From a virus: a stretch of DNA of 64,000 nt. The translations under genes were made by a program, and so were the position numbers. The notes under the pieces were generated by a model. That model was not told the DNA's origin and searched no databases. It saw only the letters and a list, made by a program, of their open reading frames with translations. Position 1 is the first letter of the stretch. Every line of letters starts with the position of its first letter. The stretch covers positions 1 to 64,000 of the IMG/VR virus record IMGVR_UViG_3300020172_000530; one strand, 5' to 3'. Below, in pieces: positions 7,086 to 18,200 of the stretch.

Positions 7086-9617
7086 ATGGTAGATTTTGTT
7101 AAAGAACTTAAACAAGGAGCAACTAATATTTCTGAAAAAGTAAGTAAAACTGTTTCAGATATAAAAACAAATAATGGAGGGTCGGCAATTGGTCCAGCAC
7201 TAGATTCTCTCAAACAATCAGTTTTAAGCGGAGCTCCAAACTTTGATTCTGCTGCTCTTGGAATACCTGGAGTAGAGAACTTTGGCGCAAGTTTTAATAG
7301 TTTACTACAGAGTAAAAAAGATTTAAGTTTAAAAACAGGATATGAAGTAGGACAAACTAAAACATCGCCTCCCCCTGATTTTAAACCTCCATTAGTTAAT
7401 ATGTTGAATCAGTATGTATCAGTAAATGCTATTTTCACTCTCAGTGTGCTCAGCGACGAAGATATAAATTTTCCAGACTTGACTTACAAAAAAGGAAATC
7501 TTGGCCCTATCATTTTAAAATCAGCAAATGGTGCTCCTCCTGATAAACTTATAAAAACAGCATTTGGATCCTATAATTTTTATCTAGATAATTTTAGGAT
7601 GAATACTATAATGGGTCTAAATAAAACTACAGGTGTTAGTAATGCTACTTCTGTGTCATTTACTGTTATAGAACCTTATAGTATGGGGTTATTTTTTCAA
7701 GCACTACAAATAGGAGCGTACCAAGTAGGTACATCCAACTACACGCAAGTACCTTTATTGTTAACTATTGAATGGAAAGGATGGACAGACGTTAGTCAGG
7801 AAGTTAATATAGTTACTAGACAAATTCCTATAAAGTTACGGGAATTAACCATGCAGGTTACAGGGAAAGGCTGCGAATATAGTGTAGAAGCGTTTCCTTG
7901 GAATGAACAAGGCCTGTCAAAATCTTTTAATGAAATTAAAACTGACATTGGTATAGAATGTGATAAAGGTGGTCCGTACACAATACAGAATGTATTACAA
8001 ACAGGCGCAAACAGTTTGCAGGCAGTGTTAAATCGACGATTACAAGAAGCAAAGAAAAATAAAACAGTGGATGCGCCCGATGAGATTCTTATACTTTTCC
8101 CTACTGATTTAACATCAGCCCCAAGCAACTCTCCAAGCACCTCACCGTGGTCCGGCAATGAACGTTCAGAAAAGAGTGCAACATCTACATCTGGAACCGG
8201 AGCCGCCAGTGCGTTTTATGGAAAGTTAGGCGTCAGTCAAGGTGCTAATTCAACAAAAGTACAAGGGGTGGATACCAAGTCAGTTAATTTGATTGGGCAA
8301 GCGTTGATAGGATTTAGTGAAAAATCCAAAGGCGAAACACCGTTTGCTAAAGATGCCGATAGCTATGATAAAGAAAAAGGAATAGTTAAAATAGGATCTA
8401 TTGAGATAGATCTTAACAATTCTAAATTTCACTTTACACAAAGTGCTTTGATTACAGACGTTATCACGAATGTAATCTTAAACAGTGACTATGGAAGAAA
8501 TGCGCTGAACCCAGCACAGTTAACACCAGATGGTAAGATTGTGTGGTTTAGAATAGAAACACAAGTTTATAATATACCACAAGAAGATTCTAAGACTGGA
8601 ACGAAACCAAAGTGTATTGTTTTCAGAGTTGTACCCTATACAGTTGATAGTTCAAGATTCATGCCTACCGAAGCTAAAAAACAAGGATTAGAACAAGCAA
8701 AAAAACAAGCATTAAAAGAGTACAATTATATCTATACAGGAAAAAATACAGACATTTTAAATTTTAACATTGATTTTAAAGCAGGGTTCTATACAGCTCT
8801 GTTTGCTGATAAAGGAAAGAACTCAGAAGGCGAAAGAATGAAAGAACATACAGGGCAATCAGCAGAAGAAGGTGACAGAATGAGAACACCTGGTAGTGCT
8901 GCTTCTGGAGGTGTTGGAATCATTTTACAACCAGTAAGGGGAACTTCAGCAGGCCTGCCAGAAAATCCTACTCAGATTAGACATGATCGAACAGAATCTA
9001 CTACAAGTAAATTAGGTGGTTCCGCTGCGTCTGATGACCCTGCTACAGCAGTAGCAAGACAGTTTCATGATGTCGTCACTAATCAAGCAGATATGATTAA
9101 TCTAGAAATGGAAATACTAGGCGATCCTTATTACATAGCAGACAGCGGAATGGGAAATTATAGTGCTAAAGAAGTTCAAGGATATGATAATATAACAGGA
9201 GATGGTTCTATAAATTATCAGAATGGAGAAGTAGTTGTAACGGTAAATTTTAAAACTCCAATTGATATCGACTTAGAAAAAGGAACTTGGGATTTTAGGG
9301 ATACAGAACCAGTAGCGCAATTTAGCGGCTTGTTCAACGTTATTAGTATCGATAATTCAATTGTTAGAAATAAATTTACTCAGATACTACACTTAATAAG
9401 ACTACCTGGACAAGACCCTAAGCTACTAGAGAAGTCTAGTGCTTCATTAGCAGATACTAAAACTTCAGGAACTGAATTCGTTCAAGCCACTAATAATGCT
9501 GTACTAAATAGTCCGTTTATGGCAGGTAGTGTAGTTAATCAAATTAATAACATTAACCCGTCGGCACCAAACCCTGGATTACCAGGTATAGTTGATACTA
9601 GAGGATTTCCCCCTTAA
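7086..9617 (+). CDS. Baseplate hub protein (gp27/VgrG-like)
   Basis: Lies between gp53 and gp5; C-terminal LEMEILGDPYY...FSGLFNVISIDN...FTQILHLIR hub-type pattern. Confidence 0.6.
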   Translation: MVDFVKELKQGATNISEKVSKTVSDIKTNNGGSAIGPALDSLKQSVLSGAPNFDSAALGIPGVENFGASFNSLLQSKKDLSLKTGYEVGQTKTSPPPDFKPPLVNMLNQYVSVNAIFTLSVLSDEDINFPDLTYKKGNLGPIILKSANGAPPDKLIKTAFGSYNFYLDNFRMNTIMGLNKTTGVSNATSVSFTVIEPYSMGLFFQALQIGAYQVGTSNYTQVPLLLTIEWKGWTDVSQEVNIVTRQIPIKLRELTMQVTGKGCEYSVEAFPWNEQGLSKSFNEIKTDIGIECDKGGPYTIQNVLQTGANSLQAVLNRRLQEAKKNKTVDAPDEILILFPTDLTSAPSNSPSTSPWSGNERSEKSATSTSGTGAASAFYGKLGVSQGANSTKVQGVDTKSVNLIGQALIGFSEKSKGETPFAKDADSYDKEKGIVKIGSIEIDLNNSKFHFTQSALITDVITNVILNSDYGRNALNPAQLTPDGKIVWFRIETQVYNIPQEDSKTGTKPKCIVFRVVPYTVDSSRFMPTEAKKQGLEQAKKQALKEYNYIYTGKNTDILNFNIDFKAGFYTALFADKGKNSEGERMKEHTGQSAEEGDRMRTPGSAASGGVGIILQPVRGTSAGLPENPTQIRHDRTESTTSKLGGSAASDDPATAVARQFHDVVTNQADMINLEMEILGDPYYIADSGMGNYSAKEVQGYDNITGDGSINYQNGEVVVTVNFKTPIDIDLEKGTWDFRDTEPVAQFSGLFNVISIDNSIVRNKFTQILHLIRLPGQDPKLLEKSSASLADTKTSGTEFVQATNNAVLNSPFMAGSVVNQINNINPSAPNPGLPGIVDTRGFPP

Positions 9618-11299
9618 TGGCCATAGAAACAAGACCACAGTCCGGCAGTACACCAGTTGATCCTGGTCCTTTTCTAGCAAAAGTTGTCAGTCACCTTGAC
9701 CCTACTTACATGGGCTGTTTAGAAGTACAGATCATGAGGGAAGTGGGCGGGGATGTAAATTCTGATGGACAATTAACCACAGTAAAATATCTTAATCCAT
9801 TTTATGGAGTCACTAGTGTAGAACATGTAACTGACACAGATGATTATAATAATACACAAAAAAGTTATGGTATGTGGTTTGTGCCACCAGATCCAGGAAG
9901 CTTAGTAGTTGTAATTTTTATTGGTGGCGATCCTCGTAAGGGATATTGGATAGGCTGTGTTCAAGACGAAGGCATGAATTTCATGGTGCCAGGATTAGCT
10001 GCTACAGAATACGCAGTTAGCGATACTAAAACAGATGACAGCGAACGTGTTCCTGTAGCAGAATATAATAAAATAGCCAACGAAAATACACAAGACCCTA
10101 CAAAACGTGCCAAGCCTCAGCATCCATTAGCTGACTTCCTGATTAGTCAAGGTCTTATAAAAGATGATACAAGGGGAGTAACAACTAGTTCAGCTCGTAG
10201 GGAAGTGCCTAGTGCTGTTTTTGGAATAAGTACGCCAGGCCCAGTAGACAAAAACGGTAAGAGAGGAAAGATTGGAAAAGCAGAGCATCTAATTGACGGT
10301 GCGTTTGTAAGTAGATTAGGTGGCAGCACATTTGTCATGGATGATGGTAATGACAAATATATCCGTAAAACTTCTGCTAGCGACGGTCCTCCTGAATATA
10401 GTAATTTACTCAACGGCGAAACAGATGGCGATCCTGCTATACCCCATAATGAATGTATTAGATTTAGAACCAGAACAGGTCATCAGATTTTATTACACAA
10501 TTCTGAAGATTTAATCTATGTAGGAAATAGTAAAGGAACTGCTTGGATAGAATTGACCAGTGACGGTAAAATAGATATCTATGCAGAGGATAGTATTAGT
10601 GTTCGTACAAAACAAGATCTAAATTTTTATGCTGATAGAGATATAAATTTAGAGGCTGTAAGAAATATGAACATTAAAGTTGGTGGCGAAATGCACACGC
10701 ATACTGTAGCAGATCATATTTTAATTGTTGATGGGAATCAAAAAATCCATGTAAAAAAAGCAGTAGATAAAACCTACGAAGACACCTATAAACATCATAT
10801 TAAAAAAGATGTAGAACAACTATATGATCTAAATTATAAATTAACTGTGTTGAAAGATTTAGATGTCAATACAGCAGGTCATAATTGGCTCACGGCAGGA
10901 AAAACTACTGAGATAAAGAGTGGCGGTAATCATATTGAAACCGCAGCATTGATTCATATGAATGGACCAGCTGCTTCAGATGCTGCTAAAGCCGCAGAAG
11001 CAGAATTGCCACAAAGATTAAAGCTACACACACTGCCGGATCAAGAAGAAATTCCTTTGAATAATTCTATTATGCGTCGGATTACTACACACGAGCCTTA
11101 TCCGCATCATGAAAATCTTGATCCTTTAAAAGTCAAACCCGAACAAACTGATAGGGACATCGAAGGAAGATACGAAGATACAGACGGCGAACAACTGGAA
11201 GATCAAGCAGCATTTTCTGTAACAATGCTAACTCCAGCAGAAAAATGGAAAACCTACAGCACCACTATAGACCCATTTAGAAAGCTTCAAAGCGATTAA
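9617..11299 (+). CDS. gp5: Baseplate central spike (gp5/Vgr OB-fold plus beta-helix)
   Basis: AKVVSHLDPTYMGCLEV, SYGMWFVPPDPGSLVVVIF OB-fold; TRTGHQILLHNSE; repetitive beta-helix region. Confidence 0.8.
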   Translation: MAIETRPQSGSTPVDPGPFLAKVVSHLDPTYMGCLEVQIMREVGGDVNSDGQLTTVKYLNPFYGVTSVEHVTDTDDYNNTQKSYGMWFVPPDPGSLVVVIFIGGDPRKGYWIGCVQDEGMNFMVPGLAATEYAVSDTKTDDSERVPVAEYNKIANENTQDPTKRAKPQHPLADFLISQGLIKDDTRGVTTSSARREVPSAVFGISTPGPVDKNGKRGKIGKAEHLIDGAFVSRLGGSTFVMDDGNDKYIRKTSASDGPPEYSNLLNGETDGDPAIPHNECIRFRTRTGHQILLHNSEDLIYVGNSKGTAWIELTSDGKIDIYAEDSISVRTKQDLNFYADRDINLEAVRNMNIKVGGEMHTHTVADHILIVDGNQKIHVKKAVDKTYEDTYKHHIKKDVEQLYDLNYKLTVLKDLDVNTAGHNWLTAGKTTEIKSGGNHIETAALIHMNGPAASDAAKAAEAELPQRLKLHTLPDQEEIPLNNSIMRRITTHEPYPHHENLDPLKVKPEQTDRDIEGRYEDTDGEQLEDQAAFSVTMLTPAEKWKTYSTTIDPFRKLQSD

Positions 11300-11305
11300 T
11301 AAATA
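11300..11305 (+). promoter_or_regulatory. Late promoter -10 element (TAAATA)
   Basis: taaTAAATAtcagtATG directly before gp25. Confidence 0.6.
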
Positions 11306-11310
11306 TCAGT

Positions 11311-11751
11311 ATGAGTGCTAATTCACGTTTATACGATAAAATTGTTCTTAAAGGCGATCTTACAGGGCAAAAAATTCCAGGTACAAAAACCTATAAGGGA
11401 TTCAGTACGATTAGTAGCGATGCTAACAGTTTTGCTTTATACGATTTAGCATTAATTAAGCAGGATATTTTAAATCATTTTCATATACGTCAAGGGGAAA
11501 GATTAGAAAATCCTGAATTTGGTACTATAATATGGGATTGTTTGTTCGAACCATTAACAGAAGAAATTAAAAGTGTAATTCAAAAAAACGTCGAAACGAT
11601 TATAAATTACGATCCTCGTGTGGTGCCAGATCAAATAATTGTAACCAGTTACGAAAGCGGTATACAAATTGAATGTAGATTAACCTACTTGCCCTACAAT
11701 ATTAGCGAAACATTACAGTTAAAATTTGATCAAGCTAACTCTATAATATAA
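11311..11751 (+). CDS. gp25: Baseplate wedge subunit gp25-like
   Basis: IKQDILNHF...GERLENPEFGT.IWD.LFEP...YDPRV. Confidence 0.9.
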   Translation: MSANSRLYDKIVLKGDLTGQKIPGTKTYKGFSTISSDANSFALYDLALIKQDILNHFHIRQGERLENPEFGTIIWDCLFEPLTEEIKSVIQKNVETIINYDPRVVPDQIIVTSYESGIQIECRLTYLPYNISETLQLKFDQANSII

Positions 11752-11753
11752 AG

Positions 11754-11780
11754 TACGCACATTTCAAAATACGCTAAATA
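11754..11780 (+). promoter_or_regulatory. Bipartite late promoter TACGCAC-N14-TAAATA (copy 2)
   Basis: TACGCAC 11754-11760, TAAATA 11775-11780, upstream of gp6. Confidence 0.8.
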
Positions 11781-11801
11781 TTAGATAATTGGGAATAGCG
11801 T

Positions 11802-14800
11802 ATGTCAGCAACTGATAGACAAAACAGGCTACTAGTAGCCGAAGACTGGAAAAGAATATACCAAACATTTCGTACTGCAGATTTTCAGAGCTATGACTTT
11901 GAAAATCTTCGCAGGGTAATGATTAGTTATATCAGAGAAAATTATCCAGAAGATTTTAACGATTACATCGAATCCAGCGAATACCTTGCGCTGATTGATC
12001 TTATTGCCTTCTTAGGTCAAAGCATCAGTTTTCGTACAGACTTAAATGCTCGTGATAACTTTTTAGAGTTAGCCGAACGTCGTGAAAGTGTGTTGCGCCT
12101 AGCAAGACTACTAAGTTATAATCCTAAGAGAAATATTTCCGGTAACGGATTGCTAAAATTTAGCAGTGTTAGTACTACTCAAACTGTTATTGATTCTAAC
12201 GGAAGAAACATATCCGGACAGGTTGTATTATGGAATGATCCTGCTAATGCTAATTGGTACGATCAATTTATTAAAGTAATCAATGCCGCTCTTCCTGCCA
12301 GTCGTCAATTTGGAAATCCTGATGACAAAGCAACAGTTTATGGTATTCCTACTGAACAGTACAGATTTCAAAGTGCTAATACAGATGCTCCTGTTTACAG
12401 TTTCAACAAATCAGTAGATGGCAGAAGTATGCCTTTTGAAATTGTGTCAACAGTCTTTAGAAACTCGGAAGATATCTATGAAGAGCCTCCTGCTGTAGGT
12501 AACAGATTAGCTTTCATTTTCAAAAATGACGGTAAAGGCAATGCTAGTTCTAATACAGGATTCTTCCTACACTTTAGACAAGGCATATTAAGTCAAGGAA
12601 CATTTGATATACTTCAGCCAAGCACCAGCGAGAGTATAGATATCGATGCTGTAAATATCAATAATACTGATATATGGTTATATCGTCTAGATCAAAACGG
12701 ACTAGAAACAGAGTATTGGCAGAAAGTTCCGAGTCTAGAAGGTAATAATATTATCTATAACAGTCTTAAAAAATCTGTAAGAAATATTTACAGCGTTATT
12801 ACCCGGGCAGGCGATAGAGCTAGTTTACTGTTCAGTGACGGTACATTTGGAAATATTCCACGGGGAACTTTCAGAGTCTATTATAGAACTAGCAATGGTA
12901 TAAGCTATACAATTAATCCAAAAGATATAAGAAATATTAGTATATCTGTGCCTTATATTAGTAATAATGCTCAGGTGGAAACGCTGACAGTAAATCTAAG
13001 TTTGCAATCTAGTATAGATAACAGTTCAGAATCAGAATCTAGTGATAGTATTAAATCTAGAGCCCCTGCTACGTATTACACTCAGAACAGAATGATAACA
13101 GCTGAGGATTATAACATTAGTCCGTTAAGTGTTAACCAACAAGTTATTAAAATTAAAGCAGTTAATAGAAGTGCCAGCGGCATCAGCAGATATTTTGACC
13201 TAGTAGATCCAACAGGAAAATACAGTAAAACAAATTTATTTGCCGACGACGGTATCATGTATAAAGAAGAATTTACTGAAAGTTTTAAATTCAGTTATCA
13301 AAATAGAACGGATATTGAAGCTGTAATTTATAATCAAGTTATTGAAAATTTAAAATCTGTAGCATTACGAGATTTTTATTACAGTAATTTCTTTACAGTT
13401 GTAACTGATTCATTATCTGTATCTTGGTATAGTAGAACAGTTGATACAAATCAGTGTACAGGCTATATTAGTGATGTAAGAAATCCAAGCATATTTTACG
13501 ATACAGATCCTGTACCGTACAAATTAGGGTCTTACACTAGTACACTGTTAAGATATCTGACACCAGGTGCGTTAGTTGAATTTACACCGCCAAGCGGATA
13601 TTATTTTGATAAAAGTAATGATAATCAGTTAGTGAGAGGCACAGCGAATGTCAAAGACGCTGTAACAAGATTATGGTGTAAAGTAATTAGCGTGGCTGGA
13701 GATGGCACTGCCGGAGGCGATGGAGTGTTTGCCGATGGATCAGGACCAATTGTGTTCAATGATATTATACCACAAAATTCTCTATTAAATCAGATTATTC
13801 CAGCGTGGAGAACTACATTAGATACTAATACTATATCTACCATGATTGATTTAATCTTTGCTAATAAGCCTTTTGGATTAAGATATGATATACAAACCAA
13901 GTCATGGAAAATTGTTTTTGAAGTTAATCTCAATATTAATGACAGATTTAGTTTAGGTAAACAAGGAGACAACAGTAATCAACAGTTAGATTCAAGTTGG
14001 TTATTACTATTCACCACTGATACTGAATTTTATACAGTAAAATCTAGATTGTTACGTTATGTGTTTGAAAGTGAAAAACAAGTACGATTTTATTTTGATG
14101 CTAGTGATAAAATTTACGACACACGAAATAATTCTACTGTAAAAGACAAGATTAAAATCTTAAACATTAATACTCAGCCAGACAGTATTACACCATTTAC
14201 TATTGATAGAGAATGGGAAATAACAGAAGAATTTAAAGGGTTAGACGGTTACGTGGATACTAAAAAAATTCAAGTTACCTTTAGTGATACTGATGATGAC
14301 GGAGTAGTGGATAATCCTATATTATTTGAAGAAGTGGTTGCCCCAACAATTTCACCAACTACTAAAAAGATTGTTTTAGAAAAATATGAAATTTCAGCAG
14401 GACAAGAGGATTATCGTTACATAGATAATAGTAATCAAACAGTTATCTTTGTATCATCTTTGAGCTTTTTGACAAATCTAGGAACTATATCCGATGGGCA
14501 GTATGTTTACGCTGAAGATACAGATTCAGTTTATAAGTTTACATTAGCCAGTGCTACATTTGAACCTTCTATAGACTACAAAGTGTATGTTGGTCGACCT
14601 GATTTGAAATTTCAATATATTCATAACGCTGATTATGAGTCAAGAATTGATCCCGGCATTACAAACTTAATTGACATCTATGTATTAACTAAACAGTACG
14701 ATCAAAATTTTAGACAGTGGTTAAACAACTCTTTAGAGAATGAGCCGTACCCTCCTAGTCAAGATTCTTTGTTTAGTTTAATGAGTACAGATCTTAATAA

Positions 14801-15281
14801 AATTAAATCTATAAGCGATGAAATTATATATCATCCGGTAAAATATAAAGTTCTTTTCGGAGAGAAATCCACCCAGGATGTACAAGGAACATTTAAGATA
14901 GTAAAAAATTCTGAATTAGTATTAAGTGACAACGATATCAAGTCAAGCACACTATCTGCGATAAATGAATTTTTTAGTATAGAAAATTGGGAATTTGGAG
15001 AAAGTTTTTATTTTACCGAGTTAGCCACTTATGTAATGAATAGATTAAGTCCTTATGTAGTGAATTTTGTTTTAGTACCAAAACAAACAGGATTAACTTT
15101 TGGAGCATTGTACGAAATTAAATGCGAAAAAGATCAAATCTTTGTTAACGGTGCTACCGTCAATGACATAGAAGTCATAACTGCGATTACAGCGAGTAAA
15201 TTAAGAGCAAGCGGAGCAATCGTAGCAAGTAATACAGCAACAGGACAACAGATTATAACTAGCGCAGGGATTGAAGACTAA
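11802..15281 (+). CDS. gp6: Baseplate wedge subunit gp6-like (baseplate J family, extended)
   Basis: YDFENLR...FNDYIESS, LAERRESV.RLA..LSY.P, FSDGTFGNIP, ES..SIK.RAP..Y.TQNRMITAEDY. Confidence 0.85.
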   Translation: MSATDRQNRLLVAEDWKRIYQTFRTADFQSYDFENLRRVMISYIRENYPEDFNDYIESSEYLALIDLIAFLGQSISFRTDLNARDNFLELAERRESVLRLARLLSYNPKRNISGNGLLKFSSVSTTQTVIDSNGRNISGQVVLWNDPANANWYDQFIKVINAALPASRQFGNPDDKATVYGIPTEQYRFQSANTDAPVYSFNKSVDGRSMPFEIVSTVFRNSEDIYEEPPAVGNRLAFIFKNDGKGNASSNTGFFLHFRQGILSQGTFDILQPSTSESIDIDAVNINNTDIWLYRLDQNGLETEYWQKVPSLEGNNIIYNSLKKSVRNIYSVITRAGDRASLLFSDGTFGNIPRGTFRVYYRTSNGISYTINPKDIRNISISVPYISNNAQVETLTVNLSLQSSIDNSSESESSDSIKSRAPATYYTQNRMITAEDYNISPLSVNQQVIKIKAVNRSASGISRYFDLVDPTGKYSKTNLFADDGIMYKEEFTESFKFSYQNRTDIEAVIYNQVIENLKSVALRDFYYSNFFTVVTDSLSVSWYSRTVDTNQCTGYISDVRNPSIFYDTDPVPYKLGSYTSTLLRYLTPGALVEFTPPSGYYFDKSNDNQLVRGTANVKDAVTRLWCKVISVAGDGTAGGDGVFADGSGPIVFNDIIPQNSLLNQIIPAWRTTLDTNTISTMIDLIFANKPFGLRYDIQTKSWKIVFEVNLNINDRFSLGKQGDNSNQQLDSSWLLLFTTDTEFYTVKSRLLRYVFESEKQVRFYFDASDKIYDTRNNSTVKDKIKILNINTQPDSITPFTIDREWEITEEFKGLDGYVDTKKIQVTFSDTDDDGVVDNPILFEEVVAPTISPTTKKIVLEKYEISAGQEDYRYIDNSNQTVIFVSSLSFLTNLGTISDGQYVYAEDTDSVYKFTLASATFEPSIDYKVYVGRPDLKFQYIHNADYESRIDPGITNLIDIYVLTKQYDQNFRQWLNNSLENEPYPPSQDSLFSLMSTDLNKIKSISDEIIYHPVKYKVLFGEKSTQDVQGTFKIVKNSELVLSDNDIKSSTLSAINEFFSIENWEFGESFYFTELATYVMNRLSPYVVNFVLVPKQTGLTFGALYEIKCEKDQIFVNGATVNDIEVITAITASKLRASGAIVASNTATGQQIITSAGIED

Positions 15282-18200
15282 TGGCAAATAACGATCAAGA
15301 AGAATTTGGACTTCCAATAGACGGCAATGAACCAAGAAAAACTTCCAACTTACTACCAAGGACTTATAGAACTGATAGTAATAAAAAGTTTTTACAAGCA
15401 ACATTGGATCAGCTTACCCAGCCCGGAAAAGTAAAAAAACTCAACGGGTATATTGGTCAGCAAAATGCCAAGTCAGCTAAATCAGACGATATCTATATTG
15501 ACGCAAGCGATCAGATAAGGCAGCAATATCAATTAGAGCCTGGTGCTGTTATACAAGATAAGTTTGAAAATGTAACCTTTTATAAAGATTATATTGACTA
15601 TATTAATCAAATTGATGTATTTGGCGGCGATACAAAAAATCACGAGCGTATTAACCGACAGGAATTTTACAGTTGGAATCCTCATATAGAGTGGGACAAG
15701 TTTGTAAACTTTCAAAATTATTATTGGTTAGCCTATGGGCCTGATGTAATTAAGGTGTTCGGCCAACAACTGGAAATAGAAAGTACGTATACTGTAGATT
15801 TGGTTGACGAAGACGATAATTATGCTTTTTTATTCTCTCCAAATGGTCTTACAAGAAATCCTACCCTAAGACTTTACAGAGGTCAGACTTACAATTTTAC
15901 AGTTAACAGTCCAGGAAATCCTTTTAGTTTTAAATTATCAAGAACAGCCGGTGACCTTGATAGATATCTTAAAGGAGTTTCCGCAGTCTCTGTAGAAAGC
16001 GGAACTATTACATTTAAAGTAAGAAAAGATGCTCCGGATCTGATATACTATGTAAATGAAAAAGATCCTACTGCTGGCGGTGTTATTCAAATTTTAGATA
16101 TTGAAGAAAATACTTTCTTAGATCTAGAAAAAGATATCTTAGGAAAAAAAGATTATACATTAACATCGGGTGTAAAAATTTCCAATGGTATGAAATTAAA
16201 TTTCGAAGGAAATGTAAGCCCTGCTGAATACAAAGATGGTAATTGGTATGTAGATGGAGTAGGCTCGGCCATTACTCTGATTCCAGAATCTGCCTTAGAA
16301 ATTATAAGCACTTATACACAAGAATCTGAACTTTTATTTGATGATACACCTTTTGATAAGGATCCTTTTAGTGTAGCAAGTGCGTATCCTAGAGATAATG
16401 ATTATATAGTCATGGCTAGAGGTTCTAAAGATAGAAACCCTTGGAGTAGATATAATCGATGGTTTCATGAAGATGTAATCAAAGTTTCAGCACAGGCTAA
16501 TGGTAAAATACCAGATATTGATCAATCTTTGCGAGCCGTACGACCAATTATAGAATATGAAGCAAACATCAAATTATACAACTTCGGGCACGAAGCTAAA
16601 AAAGATGTTGATTTGATTGACACATTCACAACTGATGTATTTTCTATTATCGAAGGAAGCACTGGCTATAACATAGATGGAGCAAATCTTGCTCCTAATA
16701 TGCGGGTTTTATTTACAGCTGATCCGGACATATTAGTAAAAGACAAAATCTTTAAAGTAACATTTGTTGATATCATAGTCCCTCAACGACAGATAGAATT
16801 TGTAGCAGACTCTACAGTAAATCCAAATACAGATGTTATTACATTTGAAACAGACCATTTTTTAAATACAGGAGTCCAAGTAACGTATCTGAATAATGGA
16901 AATAATGACATTAGTGGATTGAGTAACAGACAACAATATTATGTTTATGTTGTTAGTGCTACACAAATCAAGCTGTTTACTGATAGTAAATTAACGAAGC
17001 AAGTAGACATACTAACCAGAGGAACTAGTACTCATAAGTTTGAGGTTTTTGTTGGAAAGAAAAGACAAATTAATCTAGTAGAAGAACCAGATACTATACC
17101 TATTCATTATGAAACTGTTATAATTAAAAGCGGAGATAAAAATAAAGGTTCGATGTTTTGGTATAATGGTGTTGATTGGAAATTAGCGCAGACCAAAACT
17201 ACAGTGAATCAACCTATTTTATTCGATGTGTTTGATTCTAATAGTAATAGTTACAGCGATATAACAGTATACGAAGGGTCTACCTTTATAGGAAATAAAA
17301 TTTTTAGTTACAAGCAAGGTCCAGGCTTGCCAGATAAAATTTTAGGATTTCCACTCAGTTATAAAAACATCAATAATGTAGGCGATATTGTTTTCACCTT
17401 TGATCTTTTACAGGATACTTTCAATTATAAAACATCAACGTTTATTCAGAGCAAACGTACTGACATAGGATTTTTGAGAAAAATCTCTAACTTAGATACT
17501 TGGAGTTATGAAAACGGATGGAAAAAATCTGAAATTAATAGTACTCAGCCTATTATAAGAATTTTCAAAGAATCTGGATTAGTAAATAATTTTCCGGTTG
17601 ATGTATATGATAACACCGATCAGTTATCTGATTTAGAGGTCAGAGTATATGTAAATGGAAAACGACTGAATAGAGAATTATACACTTTAGAAAGAGGTGT
17701 AGTTCGTTTCTCTATTGTATTAGATAATGATGTTACTGTTAATGATATCGTTACTTTAAAATGCTTTTCGCAACAAGCAAAAAATAGTAACGGGTATTAT
17801 GAAATTCCAATCTCTTTACAAAATAACCCTCTTAACAATAATCTTGAATCGTTTACTTTAGGCGAAGTAGTCGATCATGTAAATTCAATAGTTGATAACA
17901 TTTTGGATTTTAAAGGAATGTATCCAGGTCCTGGTAATCTAAGAGATTTAGGGAACCTTACTGCCTATGGAACAAGAATAGTTCAACATAGTAGTCCGTT
18001 AAATTTACCGTTATATCATTTAACAAACACCGATACAAATATAGTAAAATCCATAATACAAGCACAAGAAGATTACGCTACTTTTAAACGAACATTTTTA
18101 ATTACGTCTGGAAACACAGGTGTAGACATGGATTCTAAAAGACATGTTGACTTGATTCTTGAAATGATGTTGAAAGACAGACCTAGCACAACTTCGTATT

